Origin: a virus
IMG/VR virus record: IMGVR_UViG_3300003316_000080
Coordinates: 1-64,000 of that record
Length of the DNA: 64,000 bases
Reading direction: 5' to 3' (one strand)
The translations under genes were made by a program, and so were the position numbers. Shown one piece after another: positions 18,472 to 27,633 of the stretch; position 1 is the stretch's first letter; each line of letters starts with the position of its first letter. A model generated the notes under the pieces. It was given only the letters and a program-made list of their open reading frames with translations, did no database searches and was not told the DNA's origin.

Positions 18472-19071
18472 ATGACCAGTAAAAAGTTACTGTGTGGAAT
18501 CGATCCGGGCGCCAAGGGCGCCTTGGTCGTTTTGGATGAAGACGGCACGGTGATCGCGTGGTTGCTGATGCCCATGATCAAGCAGGGAACTCAGGAGCGT
18601 GTGAACGCTGCGGCTGTGGCGGCATTCCTGAAGCCCTATGCCGCCAACATCACAGCGAATCTCGAACTGGTCGGAGCAATGCCGGGTCAGGGCGTCGCCA
18701 GCATGTTCAGCTTTGGTCACTCGGCCGGCGTAGTTACTGGGGTACTGGGCGCACTGGAGATCCCTGTCACGCTGATCACGCCTCAGAAGTGGACGAAGCA
18801 CTTCAACCTGGGTTCGAAGACAAAGAGCCCAGACCAAGCACGCGGCCTCGCAGCACGCTTCTGGCCCGCGTGGCGTGAACTTGACTTCAAGGGCAAAGGC
18901 GGTGCACTGGCAGACGCGGCGTTGATCGCGCGCTACAGCCTCGGACTCAATCGGGAAGCCATCGCGTATAACTCGGCACCGCGCAAGACGCGTCATGTGC
19001 TGAAAGAACTCGATGAAACTCCCCGCACTGCTGGTCGCCGACCTGCACCTGACGGCAAGCCCAGCCGATGA
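18472..19071 (+). CDS. ruvC: RuvC-like Holliday junction resolvase
   Basis: N-terminal LCGIDPGAKGALVVL and C-terminal ADAALIA catalytic-type motifs. Confidence 0.7.
   Translation: MTSKKLLCGIDPGAKGALVVLDEDGTVIAWLLMPMIKQGTQERVNAAAVAAFLKPYAANITANLELVGAMPGQGVASMFSFGHSAGVVTGVLGALEIPVTLITPQKWTKHFNLGSKTKSPDQARGLAARFWPAWRELDFKGKGGALADAALIARYSLGLNREAIAYNSAPRKTRHVLKELDETPRTAGRRPAPDGKPSR
18476..18492. repeat. CAGTAAA-palindrome motif copy (CCAGTAAAAAGTTACTG)
   Basis: overlaps first codons of ruvC-like gene, just after upstream stop. Confidence 0.5.
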
Positions 19072-20008
19072 GTACCGGTGGGATCTTTTCCCCTGGCTGC
19101 TTCACACGCTGCAGCAAGAGCGTGTAGCAACACTGAACATCCTTGGCGACATCACTGACGCCAAGGACTACCACCCGGCCAAGTTGGCAAACAGGCTGGT
19201 GGGTGAAGTCCAAAAGTTGTCCCAGGTGGTGCCCGATGTGCGCATCCTGATGGGCAATCACGATTACCTGAAGCGCCAGGAGGCGTACTTTTCTTTCCTG
19301 TCCTATCTGCCCGGCGTGCGCTACATCGATACGGCCTGGGAGGACACACTAGACGACGGCCCGTCTGTCTACTACCAGCCCCACACGAAAGACCCTGTGA
19401 AGGATCTGGCTGGCGACTTCACTCATTACGACTACCTGTTTATGCATCAGACAGTGAAAGGGTCTGTTGCATCGAACGGTCAGGAGATGCCGGGCTACGG
19501 AGACAGTCGCATCAAGGCGCTGAAGATCTACAGTGGTGACATCCACGTGCCCCAGATCATCAATGGCGTCGAGTACGTCGGCTCGCCCTACCACGTTCAC
19601 TTCGGCGATGACTTCAAGCCACGTGCAGTGCTGCTCGACAAGAAAGGTCGCGCCCATGATCTGCACTTTGACTCACCACGGCGCGTGATGCTTAAGGTGG
19701 GATCGCTGAAGCAGTTGCGTGCTCTCCAACTGGACAAGGGTGATCACGTCAAGGTCACGTTCAACCTGGAACCGTCTGATGCGGCGGATTGGTCGCAGAT
19801 TCGCCGTGCTGCTGCACGCGTGCTGGGCGACAGAGGTGTGATCACGCATGAACTCAAGATGTCCATGAACAAATCGGATCGCCGTATATCGAGCCAGCAG
19901 GCCACGCAGATGGCGCTGCTGCGGCCGGAGGACATCATGACGCGCTGGGTTGAGCGCGAAGAACTGGGCGGCGAGGCCCTTGAGATCGGATTGGAGCTAC
20001 TGAAATGA
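19013..20008 (+). CDS. sbcD: SbcD/Mre11-type metallophosphoesterase nuclease
   Basis: LVADLHL, GDITD, GNHD phosphoesterase motifs. Confidence 0.8.
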   Translation: MKLPALLVADLHLTASPADEYRWDLFPWLLHTLQQERVATLNILGDITDAKDYHPAKLANRLVGEVQKLSQVVPDVRILMGNHDYLKRQEAYFSFLSYLPGVRYIDTAWEDTLDDGPSVYYQPHTKDPVKDLAGDFTHYDYLFMHQTVKGSVASNGQEMPGYGDSRIKALKIYSGDIHVPQIINGVEYVGSPYHVHFGDDFKPRAVLLDKKGRAHDLHFDSPRRVMLKVGSLKQLRALQLDKGDHVKVTFNLEPSDAADWSQIRRAAARVLGDRGVITHELKMSMNKSDRRISSQQATQMALLRPEDIMTRWVEREELGGEALEIGLELLK

Positions 20009-20322
20009 GGCAACCGCCGAAGCGCTTCCAGAAGATGGGAGGGGGTCACACGCGCAAGTACGTGGTGCAAGGCGTGTGCGCCAACGGTGAAACGCACGCT
20101 GTAGCTGTCTTCACCTATGCCATCGACGCAGAGGCGTTCTCACTCGTCTGCTATGCCGCCCAGATTGAGGCGCCAGTGCCCAGTGACAAGCTGCCGGCGA
20201 ACAGTGATGCATACCGGCGTGCTGTGCAGACGTGGCGAGGAAAGCACCCTCTCGGCCGCACCGCCAACCCTCGACATGACCACTTCGAGGTGCATCCAGC
20301 GCCTCTGATGATTGGGTACTGA
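20005..20322 (+). CDS. hypothetical protein
   Basis: ATGA overlap with sbcD stop. Confidence 0.4.
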   Translation: MRQPPKRFQKMGGGHTRKYVVQGVCANGETHAVAVFTYAIDAEAFSLVCYAAQIEAPVPSDKLPANSDAYRRAVQTWRGKHPLGRTANPRHDHFEVHPAPLMIGY

Positions 20323-20323
20323 T

Positions 20324-20515
20324 ATGCAAGACTCTCGGCGCCGAATGCCCTCATACATCAAGCCTCACATCTTCCTTCACCACAACGGCTTTTGGTACGT
20401 GACGAAGTGCCGCACGCCATTTCGGAGGCGCACGGATTCACAAGTGAAGATGTGGGACGCTGCTTATCGTGCCGTGATGGCTTTGAACGCCGGCAGAAAG
20501 ATCCCACGAGAATGA
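20324..20515 (+). CDS. hypothetical protein (63 aa)
   Basis: ATG 20324; stop overlaps sbcC start. Confidence 0.3.
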   Translation: MQDSRRRMPSYIKPHIFLHHNGFWYVTKCRTPFRRRTDSQVKMWDAAYRAVMALNAGRKIPRE

Positions 20516-22479
20516 TCCCGCTGTCCATCACCATCAAGGATTGGGGCCCGTTCGTGGGCTCCCACACCTTCAAGTTCTCTGAGGCACCGGGCCTCTATTT
20601 CCTGTGGGGAGAGAACCGCGCAGAACCGCGCCTAGGCTCCAACGGCGCCGGCAAATCTCGCCTGTGGCAGGCGCTCACGTGGGTCTTTCATGGCAAGGAT
20701 CTCGACGGCAAGAAGGCTGGTGACGTCGCGAACTGGAAGGTGGGTAAAGGCGCCTCCGTCGAGTTCTGCTACAGCATGGGTGGTGAGCAGTGGGTGATCG
20801 TCCGCCGCTGGTCGCCGAACGCATGGGAACTGCTGAGCGAGCACGGAGAGGTGTTTGACCTAGCAAAGGACAACACCAATTTGGCGCTGGTTCACGTCAA
20901 GTTGTCCTTTACGGCTTGGAAGCAGACCGTCATGCTCGGACAGGACCAAGACCTGTTCCTGGATCTCGGCGCTGAGCAGAAGGCAGCACTCTTCGCCGAG
21001 TTGATGAACCTCGATCATTGGCTGGATCTGGCCGCCAAGGCGTCGAAGAAGTCGACGGAAGAGGATGGACGGGCCCGCACGCTAGAAGCGCACATGGGTC
21101 GCTTGGAAGGGCAGTTGCAGCAACTGGATAACGACACGGGCGCGGAAGCCTCGCGTATCTGGGAGGAAGACCGCCAGAAGCGCCTGGGCGTCTACACACA
21201 CGAGTTCGAGGCTGGAGCAACACGCCAAGCAAAGATGAAGGACGGTCTGAAGGCTGTGGAGGCCCAGGCAAATGAAATGCGCGAGCGGGCACGCAAGGCG
21301 CGTGAGCAGGAAGACAGCATTAGGCTCATGTACACGGAGTTGGACAAGACAGAGCCTGATGCGCGAGCAGAGGTGACTTTGCTTCAGTCACAGCTGGATG
21401 CGCTGATCAAGCACGAAGCAATGCTGGATGAGATGGACGACTGCCCAACGTGTGGTCAGACGATCGACACCAAGCACAAGCGCAAGGAACAAGAGGCCGT
21501 GTCCAAACAGGTCTTCGCCCTTGATCGTGATTTGGCAGCGGCCAAGCGCCACCACTCTGACGTCAAGGCCAAGGCGCGCGAATGGGAAGACGCCTTTAAC
21601 AAGGCAGTAGAGGAAACAGAGAAGCTAACTCAGCGCGTGCGTGAGCTTGAGCAGGACATCAAGGACCGCACACGCTCGATCACACTGATGGATCGGGACC
21701 TGGACGATATCGAGATGCGCGTAGAGCGTCTGGAAGCACAGACGAACCCTCACGCTGCCGCAGACACCAAGCGTGCTGAAGAGCGTGAGCGTTTGACAGA
21801 AGCTGTACGAGCGACAAGGCGCCACCTCGACCAAGCCTCGAACCGCGCTGCGTACTTCAGCTACTGGGCACGCTGGTGCAAAGACATCCGCCTGATGTTG
21901 ATCTCTGAGGCGCTGGCCCAGCTGGAGATCGAGGTCAATAACGAGTTGCACGCGGCCGGCCTCGATGAGGGGTGGGCCCTGCAGTTTGCTGTGGATCGCG
22001 AGACGAACGCCGGCACGGTGAAGCGCGGGTTCAACGTGCTTGTGCTATCGCCACACAACGATCGTGCAGTGCCCTGGGAGATGTGGTCAGGTGGAGAGGC
22101 TCAGCGACTGCGTGTTGCAACTCAATGCGGCCTTGCCAACCTCGCCCGGGCACAGACAGGGGCATCCATCAACCTAGAGGTGTGGGATGAACCCACCAAC
22201 GGGCTGTCGGAACAGGGCATCAACGATTTACTGACGATGCTCGCGCGTCGGGCAGAAGACGAGCAACGTGCGATCTGGGTTATCGACCATCGATCGCACA
22301 GCTTCGGCGGTTTCGCCGGATCGTCTGGCGTGATCAAGACAGACGCCAGTTCTTCGTTTGACCAGACCGGTCTGTATAACGGAGGGGGCAATGTCGAAGT
22401 ACATGAACAGCCCGTATCTGAGGCAAGCAATCGTGCGGCACATGATGTCCGCCGAATCGGACGCAAGGAACTCACATGA
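20512..22479 (+). CDS. sbcC: SbcC/Rad50-type ATPase
   Basis: Walker A GSNGAGKS, long coiled coil with CPTCGQ zinc hook, signature SGGEAQRL, Walker B LEVWDEPTNGL. Confidence 0.8.
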   Translation: MIPLSITIKDWGPFVGSHTFKFSEAPGLYFLWGENRAEPRLGSNGAGKSRLWQALTWVFHGKDLDGKKAGDVANWKVGKGASVEFCYSMGGEQWVIVRRWSPNAWELLSEHGEVFDLAKDNTNLALVHVKLSFTAWKQTVMLGQDQDLFLDLGAEQKAALFAELMNLDHWLDLAAKASKKSTEEDGRARTLEAHMGRLEGQLQQLDNDTGAEASRIWEEDRQKRLGVYTHEFEAGATRQAKMKDGLKAVEAQANEMRERARKAREQEDSIRLMYTELDKTEPDARAEVTLLQSQLDALIKHEAMLDEMDDCPTCGQTIDTKHKRKEQEAVSKQVFALDRDLAAAKRHHSDVKAKAREWEDAFNKAVEETEKLTQRVRELEQDIKDRTRSITLMDRDLDDIEMRVERLEAQTNPHAAADTKRAEERERLTEAVRATRRHLDQASNRAAYFSYWARWCKDIRLMLISEALAQLEIEVNNELHAAGLDEGWALQFAVDRETNAGTVKRGFNVLVLSPHNDRAVPWEMWSGGEAQRLRVATQCGLANLARAQTGASINLEVWDEPTNGLSEQGINDLLTMLARRAEDEQRAIWVIDHRSHSFGGFAGSSGVIKTDASSSFDQTGLYNGGGNVEVHEQPVSEASNRAAHDVRRIGRKELT

Positions 22480-22829
22480 AAGACCAGAAGCAAGAGCCGA
22501 TGTTTCCGGAGATCGACTTGGAGAACATCGACGCGGGGGATCTGATCGGCGTGACCGATTGGCAGTTTCCACGAGGTGGGGAGATCCCGACGCAGAACGG
22601 TTGGTATGAGGTCAATGACTTCAACAGCGCTGTGGGATCACCTGAAGAGGTGGAGCGGCGCCAACTTGCACAGCGTGCTTTCTGGTCCGACGGAACCTGG
22701 ATGTTTCCCAGTGAGAAGTATGCGGTCACCGGTTTTCAACTGCTCCAGGCCGGCCAGCCCTACGGCCACATCACTGTGGCGAACATCGTCTGGCGTGGCC
22801 TGAAGGCACCGTGGCCGACGCAGGAATGA
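22476..22829 (+). CDS. hypothetical protein (GWYEV motif)
   Basis: ATGA overlap with sbcC; shares GWYEV with next gene. Confidence 0.4.
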   Translation: MKDQKQEPMFPEIDLENIDAGDLIGVTDWQFPRGGEIPTQNGWYEVNDFNSAVGSPEEVERRQLAQRAFWSDGTWMFPSEKYAVTGFQLLQAGQPYGHITVANIVWRGLKAPWPTQE

Positions 22830-23179
22830 AGCCGCTGCCGGAGGGGATGTCAGACTGGTTCCCCTTCCCTCCTACGCTGCCCGGTTGGTACGAGGTGCTG
22901 CCACTCTTGTCTGTGGGATGGACGCCGGCACACGGCGCTCGCTGGAAGAAGCTCTACGGCTACACGCCAAGGCTGCAGACGATCGCACAGCGCCACTGGG
23001 ATGGGTCAAGCTGGTCAGACCCTGTCGAGCCTGATGCAACGCACCAGCAGCGCGTCCAGGCGTGCCAGCGTCGACGTCTGCCAAGACAACTGAACACCAG
23101 CACGCTATGGCGCGGTCGGTTGCAAGATGGCTGGCCTCCGCGTCCCCTGATCATTAGGGAGGTTCTACGCGATGCGTAG
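22826..23179 (+). CDS. hypothetical protein (GWYEV motif paralog)
   Basis: ATGA overlap; TLPGWYEVLPL. Confidence 0.4.
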   Translation: MKPLPEGMSDWFPFPPTLPGWYEVLPLLSVGWTPAHGARWKKLYGYTPRLQTIAQRHWDGSSWSDPVEPDATHQQRVQACQRRRLPRQLNTSTLWRGRLQDGWPPRPLIIREVLRDA

Positions 23180-23191
23180 ACAATCCACGTC

Positions 23192-24133
23192 ATGACTGTC
23201 TATTACAACGAGTTCAATCTGCACGCAGCCAAGTGGATTAGCAATCTGATCAAGGCAGGTTTGATAGCACCCGGGATTGTCGACACAAGGAGCATTGAGG
23301 ATGTCAGACCGCGAGACTTGCGAGGGTTCAAGCAGTGTCATTTCTTCGCCGGAGTGGGCGTGTGGAGCTATGCACTCCGACAAGCGGGATGGGCAGATGA
23401 CAGAGAGGTCTGGACAGGTAGTTGCCCCTGCCAACCTTTCAGCTCGGCAGGCGCAAAAGCTGGGTTTGATGACGAGCGGCACTTGTGGCCCCACTTCCAC
23501 TGGCTCATCGGCGAGTGCCGACCTACAGTCATTTATGGAGAGCAGGTTGCAAGCAAGAACGCGGACCCTTGGATCGACCTTGTATGTTCTGACCTGGAAG
23601 CCTTGGGTTACGCCTTCGGGGCGGTCCCGTTTGCGTCAGCGGGCGTCGGCGCCCCGCACGCGCGAGAGCGTACGTACTGGATGGCCCACACCAACAACAA
23701 GGGACTGGAAGGACGGCAAGGGTTGCGACAACGTACCGGCGAACGCGCTGCTGGGGCGTGTGGTGTGGCTGGCCGGTTGGGCAACGCCGACTACGTTGCA
23801 CAACAAGCGGACGGAGGCTTTCGCGGCGGGCCGCACTCCGACGCCTTCGGAAGTGCTGCCGACCTGCCAGCCGGCCCGACTAACGGCTACTGGAAAACTG
23901 CTGACTGGCTCTTCTGCCGGGATGAGCAGTGGAGGCCCGTTGAACCCGGCACATTCCCGTTGGCTGATGGCGCTGTTGCCAGAATGGGACGCGTGCGCGC
24001 CTATGGAAACGCTATCAATGCTGAGCAAGCCCGAATCTTTATTGAAGTGGGCATGGAAGCCTTGCACGCCCAGACACAAGCTGAGAACACCTCGGCATCA
24101 ACTGCGCGGAAGCAACTGAGAGGCCCTACGTGA
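23192..24133 (+). CDS. DNA (cytosine-5) methyltransferase
   Basis: motif I FFAGVGVWS, motif IV GSCPCQPFSSAG, motif X AYGNAINAEQARI. Confidence 0.7.
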   Translation: MTVYYNEFNLHAAKWISNLIKAGLIAPGIVDTRSIEDVRPRDLRGFKQCHFFAGVGVWSYALRQAGWADDREVWTGSCPCQPFSSAGAKAGFDDERHLWPHFHWLIGECRPTVIYGEQVASKNADPWIDLVCSDLEALGYAFGAVPFASAGVGAPHARERTYWMAHTNNKGLEGRQGLRQRTGERAAGACGVAGRLGNADYVAQQADGGFRGGPHSDAFGSAADLPAGPTNGYWKTADWLFCRDEQWRPVEPGTFPLADGAVARMGRVRAYGNAINAEQARIFIEVGMEALHAQTQAENTSASTARKQLRGPT

Positions 24134-24363
24134 AGATCACTGACGTGTCCAACAAGAAGACAGTGGTGTGTGGCTTCACATGCTGGCATTGCCGCCGCGT
24201 GGTGTTATCTGGTGGCGCCGCTGAAGTCGTCGAGATCTCGATCAAGTTGCGGCCGGGCGCTGACAGACGTGAGCGTGCAAACCGCCTGAGAATGGCCCGT
24301 GCTGAACTGCGCCATGCCCTTGCTATATTCCGCGCCAACAAAGAACTTGAGGACCTCGCATGA
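24130..24363 (+). CDS. hypothetical small Cys-containing protein
   Basis: GTG start overlapping upstream stop; VVCGFTCWHC. Confidence 0.35.
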   Translation: MKITDVSNKKTVVCGFTCWHCRRVVLSGGAAEVVEISIKLRPGADRRERANRLRMARAELRHALAIFRANKELEDLA

Positions 24364-26852
24364 GTGTGCGTTGTGTTGACTGCCTTGTGGGCCTGCGCCA
24401 GCTTCCAGATGCATCCGTTGATGCCATCGTCACGGATCCGCCCTACGGCCTGAGCGAGCAGAAGCCAGCGGAACTCGCTGCTTGCATCGCTGCATGGCTG
24501 GCCGGCGAGGTCTACCAGCCGAAGGGCAAGGGCTTCATGGGCAAGTCCTGGGACGCCTGGGTGCCTGGGCCCGAAGTCTGGCGCGAGTGCTTCCGCGTTC
24601 TCAAGCCGGGCGGACACATCCTGGCCTTCGCCGGCACGCGCACGCAGCACTTGATGGCGCTGTCGATGGCCCTGGCTGGATTCGAAATCAGGGACATGAT
24701 CGCCTGGGTGTATGGCTCCGGGTTTCCGAAGTCGCTGGACGTGTCGAAGGCGGTCGACAAGGCAGGCGGAGCCTCGCCCGTCGAGCAGGCTGAACTGCTG
24801 CGCCGCAAGCGCGTGGCGGCCGGCCTGACGCGAGAGCAGGTCGCGGAACACTGCGGGTGCACTCCATCGAGCGTTCGAGACTGGGAAGAAGGCCGAGCGC
24901 GCGCCGTCGGTGCCGCCGTTGAGTTCATCGTCCCGAGCGACGAGTACCGCACCAAGCTGGCCGACTTGCTCGGTTACAGCGTGGACGAGCGCAAGCTGAT
25001 TGGAACCTCGGCTGACCGGCGCGGCGATGGCACCGTCTACGGGGTGGGCCACAGCGGAGAGTTGCGCGCTGGCGGCAACACCGACGCTGCCCGCCAGTGG
25101 GAAGGCTGGGGCACCGCCCTGAAGCCGGCCCTTGAAACGGTTACTTTCGCTTCAAAGCCGTATACCGAAGAGCAGGAACGGAGTATAATTCAATCGAACC
25201 TAATTCGATTGGAGGCCCGTTTATGGTTGCTGTCGTCTGCGAGTGCTGCGGAAAAGAGTTCAACGTCAAGCCAAAGCGAGTACGGCGCGGCGTGCGCTAT
25301 TGCTCAATGGAGTGCCGACGAAATCACCAGTACACGGGCCGCTTTGTGCGGTCAGATGGATACGTCGCTGTTCGAGTGGGCAGCGACTACCAGCTTGAGC
25401 ATCGTGTCGTCATGGAGGCGCACATTGGTCGAAAGCTGGAGCGATGGGAGCACGTCCACCACCGAAACGAAGTCAAACACGACAACCGACTCGAGAACCT
25501 TGAAATTCTCACTGTCGCAGATCACGCCGAGCACCATCATCAAGGCCTGCAGCCTTCCCGGTGGGTTCAATGCGAATGCCTCCACTGCGGAAAGCCACTT
25601 CAACGCCTCGCTGTTGTTGTTGCAAAGCATCCGCACACTTTCTGCGACCGAGCCTGCTATATCGCAGGCGCAGCACGAACACCTGGGCGCGGGCGTAAAG
25701 CCGAACCTTGATCCATGCATCATGGCGCGCAAGCCGCTGGTCGGAACGGTCGCGGCCAACGTTCTGGAGCACGGGACGGGGGCGCTGAATATCGACGGGT
25801 GCCGCGTGGGCGATGAGGAGCGGGTGAACGGCGCCGGATCTGTGACCTCGCTTCAGCGTCAATCACGGGTCGCGGCGGGATACCGCGATGATGCTGGCGT
25901 TGGCCCAGGCTCTGACGCGAAGACCGTTGTTGGCCGTTGGCCCGCCAACCTGATCCACGACGGCAGCGACGAGGTGCTGGCGGCGTTCCCGAACGCGCCT
26001 GGTCAACTCGCGACGGCGAGCACCAGCGACACGCAGCGCTCCGGACAGAACACCTACGGTGCGATGACCCGTGGCAGCACGGGACAAGAACCGCGCGACG
26101 AGCTCGACAAGAGCGCCGCCCGATTTTTCAAGGAGTGTGCATGGGACGAACCTCGATCTGTTGCGAGCACTGCCGCGCAGCCTTTGTGCCTGCAAAACCA
26201 AGTCGCCGATTCTGTTCAGAGCGCTGCAGCAACTTGGGCCAGCCTCGCGGGAATACTCTCAAACGATTCGAAGGAACGTTCTATGAACGTAACTCCGATC
26301 GAGTCAAGAGCGATCGCAGAAACCGTTATCACTGCGACGACGAGTATCGCAAGCGGGTTCTCGCTCGAGTCGCAGCACGAAAGGCTCACCCCGTGCCGCA
26401 GCCTTGTGAAGACTGTGGTGCGCCGAACGCCGATCGGCATCACGACGATTACGACAAGCCTCTCTCGATCCGATGGAAGTGCCGGAGCTGCCACGTTCAC
26501 CATCACGCCGACGAGCTTGGATCGTGGGGATCTGGGCTCGCGGTTTGAGTACTGCGCCAAGGCTAGCAAGAAGGATCGCGGCGAGGGTAACAACCACCCT
26601 ACTGTCAAGCCGACCGCGCTGATGCGGTATCTCGTCCGCCTTGTTACCCCTCCGGGTGGCACTGTACTTGATCCTTACACGGGCTCTGGTTCAACAGGAG
26701 TGGCCGCGCAAGCGGAAGGCTTCAAGTTCATCGGATTTGAGAATGACCCTGCTTCTTGTGCGATTGCAAACAGGCGAATGGGACTCACGGGCCTGCTTGC
26801 TGTGAACAAAGAGCGCCGCCAGCTGCGTCTTCGCAAGCAGTTGATTGAGTGA
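24360..26852 (+). CDS. N6-adenine/N4-cytosine DNA methyltransferase (DPPY...FxGxG order), interrupted by two HNH cassettes; 830-aa open frame
   Basis: N-terminal AIVTDPPYG, VLKPGG; C-terminal HPTVKPTALMRYLVRLVTPPGGTVLDPYTGSGSTG; intervening frame is S/T-rich. Confidence 0.65.
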   Translation: MSVRCVDCLVGLRQLPDASVDAIVTDPPYGLSEQKPAELAACIAAWLAGEVYQPKGKGFMGKSWDAWVPGPEVWRECFRVLKPGGHILAFAGTRTQHLMALSMALAGFEIRDMIAWVYGSGFPKSLDVSKAVDKAGGASPVEQAELLRRKRVAAGLTREQVAEHCGCTPSSVRDWEEGRARAVGAAVEFIVPSDEYRTKLADLLGYSVDERKLIGTSADRRGDGTVYGVGHSGELRAGGNTDAARQWEGWGTALKPALETVTFASKPYTEEQERSIIQSNLIRLEARLWLLSSASAAEKSSTSSQSEYGAACAIAQWSADEITSTRAALCGQMDTSLFEWAATTSLSIVSSWRRTLVESWSDGSTSTTETKSNTTTDSRTLKFSLSQITPSTIIKACSLPGGFNANASTAESHFNASLLLLQSIRTLSATEPAISQAQHEHLGAGVKPNLDPCIMARKPLVGTVAANVLEHGTGALNIDGCRVGDEERVNGAGSVTSLQRQSRVAAGYRDDAGVGPGSDAKTVVGRWPANLIHDGSDEVLAAFPNAPGQLATASTSDTQRSGQNTYGAMTRGSTGQEPRDELDKSAARFFKECAWDEPRSVASTAAQPLCLQNQVADSVQSAAATWASLAGILSNDSKERSMNVTPIESRAIAETVITATTSIASGFSLESQHERLTPCRSLVKTVVRRTPIGITTITTSLSRSDGSAGAATFTITPTSLDRGDLGSRFEYCAKASKKDRGEGNNHPTVKPTALMRYLVRLVTPPGGTVLDPYTGSGSTGVAAQAEGFKFIGFENDPASCAIANRRMGLTGLLAVNKERRQLRLRKQLIE
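25137..25712 (+). mobile_element. 576-bp HNH endonuclease cassette inserted in MTase, flanked by ~42-bp imperfect direct repeats
   Basis: flanks 25119-25160 and 25695-25736 (AAGCCGGCCCTTGAA vs AAGCCGAACCTTGAT); AT-rich leader with TATAAT 25184-25189 and hairpin 25191-25211. Confidence 0.6.
25223..25711 (+). CDS. HNH homing endonuclease (HNH_3-like)
   Basis: ATG 25223 with GGAGG SD; DGYVAVRVG...YQLEHRVVMEAH...HHRNEVKHDNRLENLEILT; different frame from MTase. Confidence 0.8.
   Translation: MVAVVCECCGKEFNVKPKRVRRGVRYCSMECRRNHQYTGRFVRSDGYVAVRVGSDYQLEHRVVMEAHIGRKLERWEHVHHRNEVKHDNRLENLEILTVADHAEHHHQGLQPSRWVQCECLHCGKPLQRLAVVVAKHPHTFCDRACYIAGAARTPGRGRKAEP
26130..26548 (+). mobile_element. second HNH endonuclease cassette inserted in MTase
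   Basis: flanked by degenerate copies of MTase RFF(Y)CAKAS segment (SAARFFKECAW upstream, GSRFEYCAKAS downstream). Confidence 0.5.
26141..26548 (+). CDS. HNH endonuclease (small, zinc-ribbon N-terminus)
   Basis: ATG 26141 with AAGGAG 5 nt upstream; CEDCGAPNADRHHDDYDKPLSIRWKCRSCHVHHH. Confidence 0.7.
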   Translation: MGRTSICCEHCRAAFVPAKPSRRFCSERCSNLGQPRGNTLKRFEGTFYERNSDRVKSDRRNRYHCDDEYRKRVLARVAARKAHPVPQPCEDCGAPNADRHHDDYDKPLSIRWKCRSCHVHHHADELGSWGSGLAV

Positions 26853-26964
26853 CACAATGAACACTCTTTCGTGACCTCTCGATGGAACAGATCAACCGAC
26901 CGGAAAGGATGGGTAGGCGCATGCGTTGAAGCGAACAGGACACGCCCACGTGGGCATTTAGGCA

Positions 26965-26995
26965 AAAGGCCCCTGACTCAACATCAGGGGCCTTT
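26965..26995. terminator. bidirectional rho-independent terminator between convergent genes
   Basis: 12-bp stem AAAGGCCCCTGA / TCAGGGGCCTTT, 7-nt loop, A-run before and T-run after. Confidence 0.6.
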
Positions 26996-27020
26996 ATGCT
27001 TTCGAGCGGAGGGGAGGGTG

Positions 27021-27443
27021 TCAGAACGTGACACCCATGCGCTTCAATTTCACCTTGATCTCATCCACCGTGTGGATCACCTCGGGTCGAGAGAACAAAC
27101 CCCAGCGATCTTTGTGCACCATGCACGACACGTCGTCGACGATCAGTGACGCATTGGCAACGAGGGCAAACGGCAGGTCCATCACCTTGGTGTTGGTTGC
27201 GAAGGCTGCTGTCTGTCCGTTGAGGCAGAACAGCAACCGTGTGAGTTGTGGTTGCTCAGAGCGACGCTTGCGCTCGTCCACATCACGCTTGACCGCGCGC
27301 AGCAGATGGTGGACGACGGCCACAGCACGGCGCTGATCAGGTGTGCTCTGGCGAGCCACCATACAGTCAAGCTCATGCACCCACCACTGGCCCTCTTGGA
27401 AGTCCTCCAGTGGACTTGTCCCGTCACACTTGTCATTGCTCAT
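27021..27443 (-). CDS. hypothetical protein (140 aa)
   Basis: ATG 27441-27443 with AAGGAG upstream; ends at terminator. Confidence 0.5.
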   Translation of the reverse strand: MSNDKCDGTSPLEDFQEGQWWVHELDCMVARQSTPDQRRAVAVVHHLLRAVKRDVDERKRRSEQPQLTRLLFCLNGQTAAFATNTKVMDLPFALVANASLIVDDVSCMVHKDRWGLFSRPEVIHTVDEIKVKLKRMGVTF

Positions 27444-27633
27444 CGCTTTTCTCCTTTGATGCTGCGAAGCTCTTGGTGTCCGCAGGAATGTCGTCCATGA
27501 GTGGACCCAGACCGAATGCGTCTGCTATCACCCGAGTGAATGGCTGAACCGGGCAGTGCACGTACCAGTGACCGCGCTGGCCGCAAGTGACGCACTCGCG
27601 CTCCGGGTTGAGTTGTTGTGGATCAGCTGGCAT
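27433..27633 (-). CDS. small CCHC zinc-knuckle protein (66 aa)
   Basis: ATG 27631-27633 with GGAGG 6 nt upstream; CVTCGQRGHWYVHC = C-x2-C-x4-H-x4-C. Confidence 0.45.
   Translation of the reverse strand: MPADPQQLNPERECVTCGQRGHWYVHCPVQPFTRVIADAFGLGPLMDDIPADTKSFAASKEKSDEQ

Noticed and set aside
23277-24119. 280-aa alternative-frame ORF inside the C5-methyltransferase gene
   Set aside because: The C5-MTase frame carries motifs I, IV and X; the alternative frame is Ser/Thr/Arg-rich without motifs.
25137-26548. Group I introns or inteins as the explanation for the methyltransferase interruptions
   Set aside because: HNH ORFs are out of frame with the host gene (not inteins) and fill almost the entire inserts, leaving too little sequence for an intron core; kept as an open question rather than a call.
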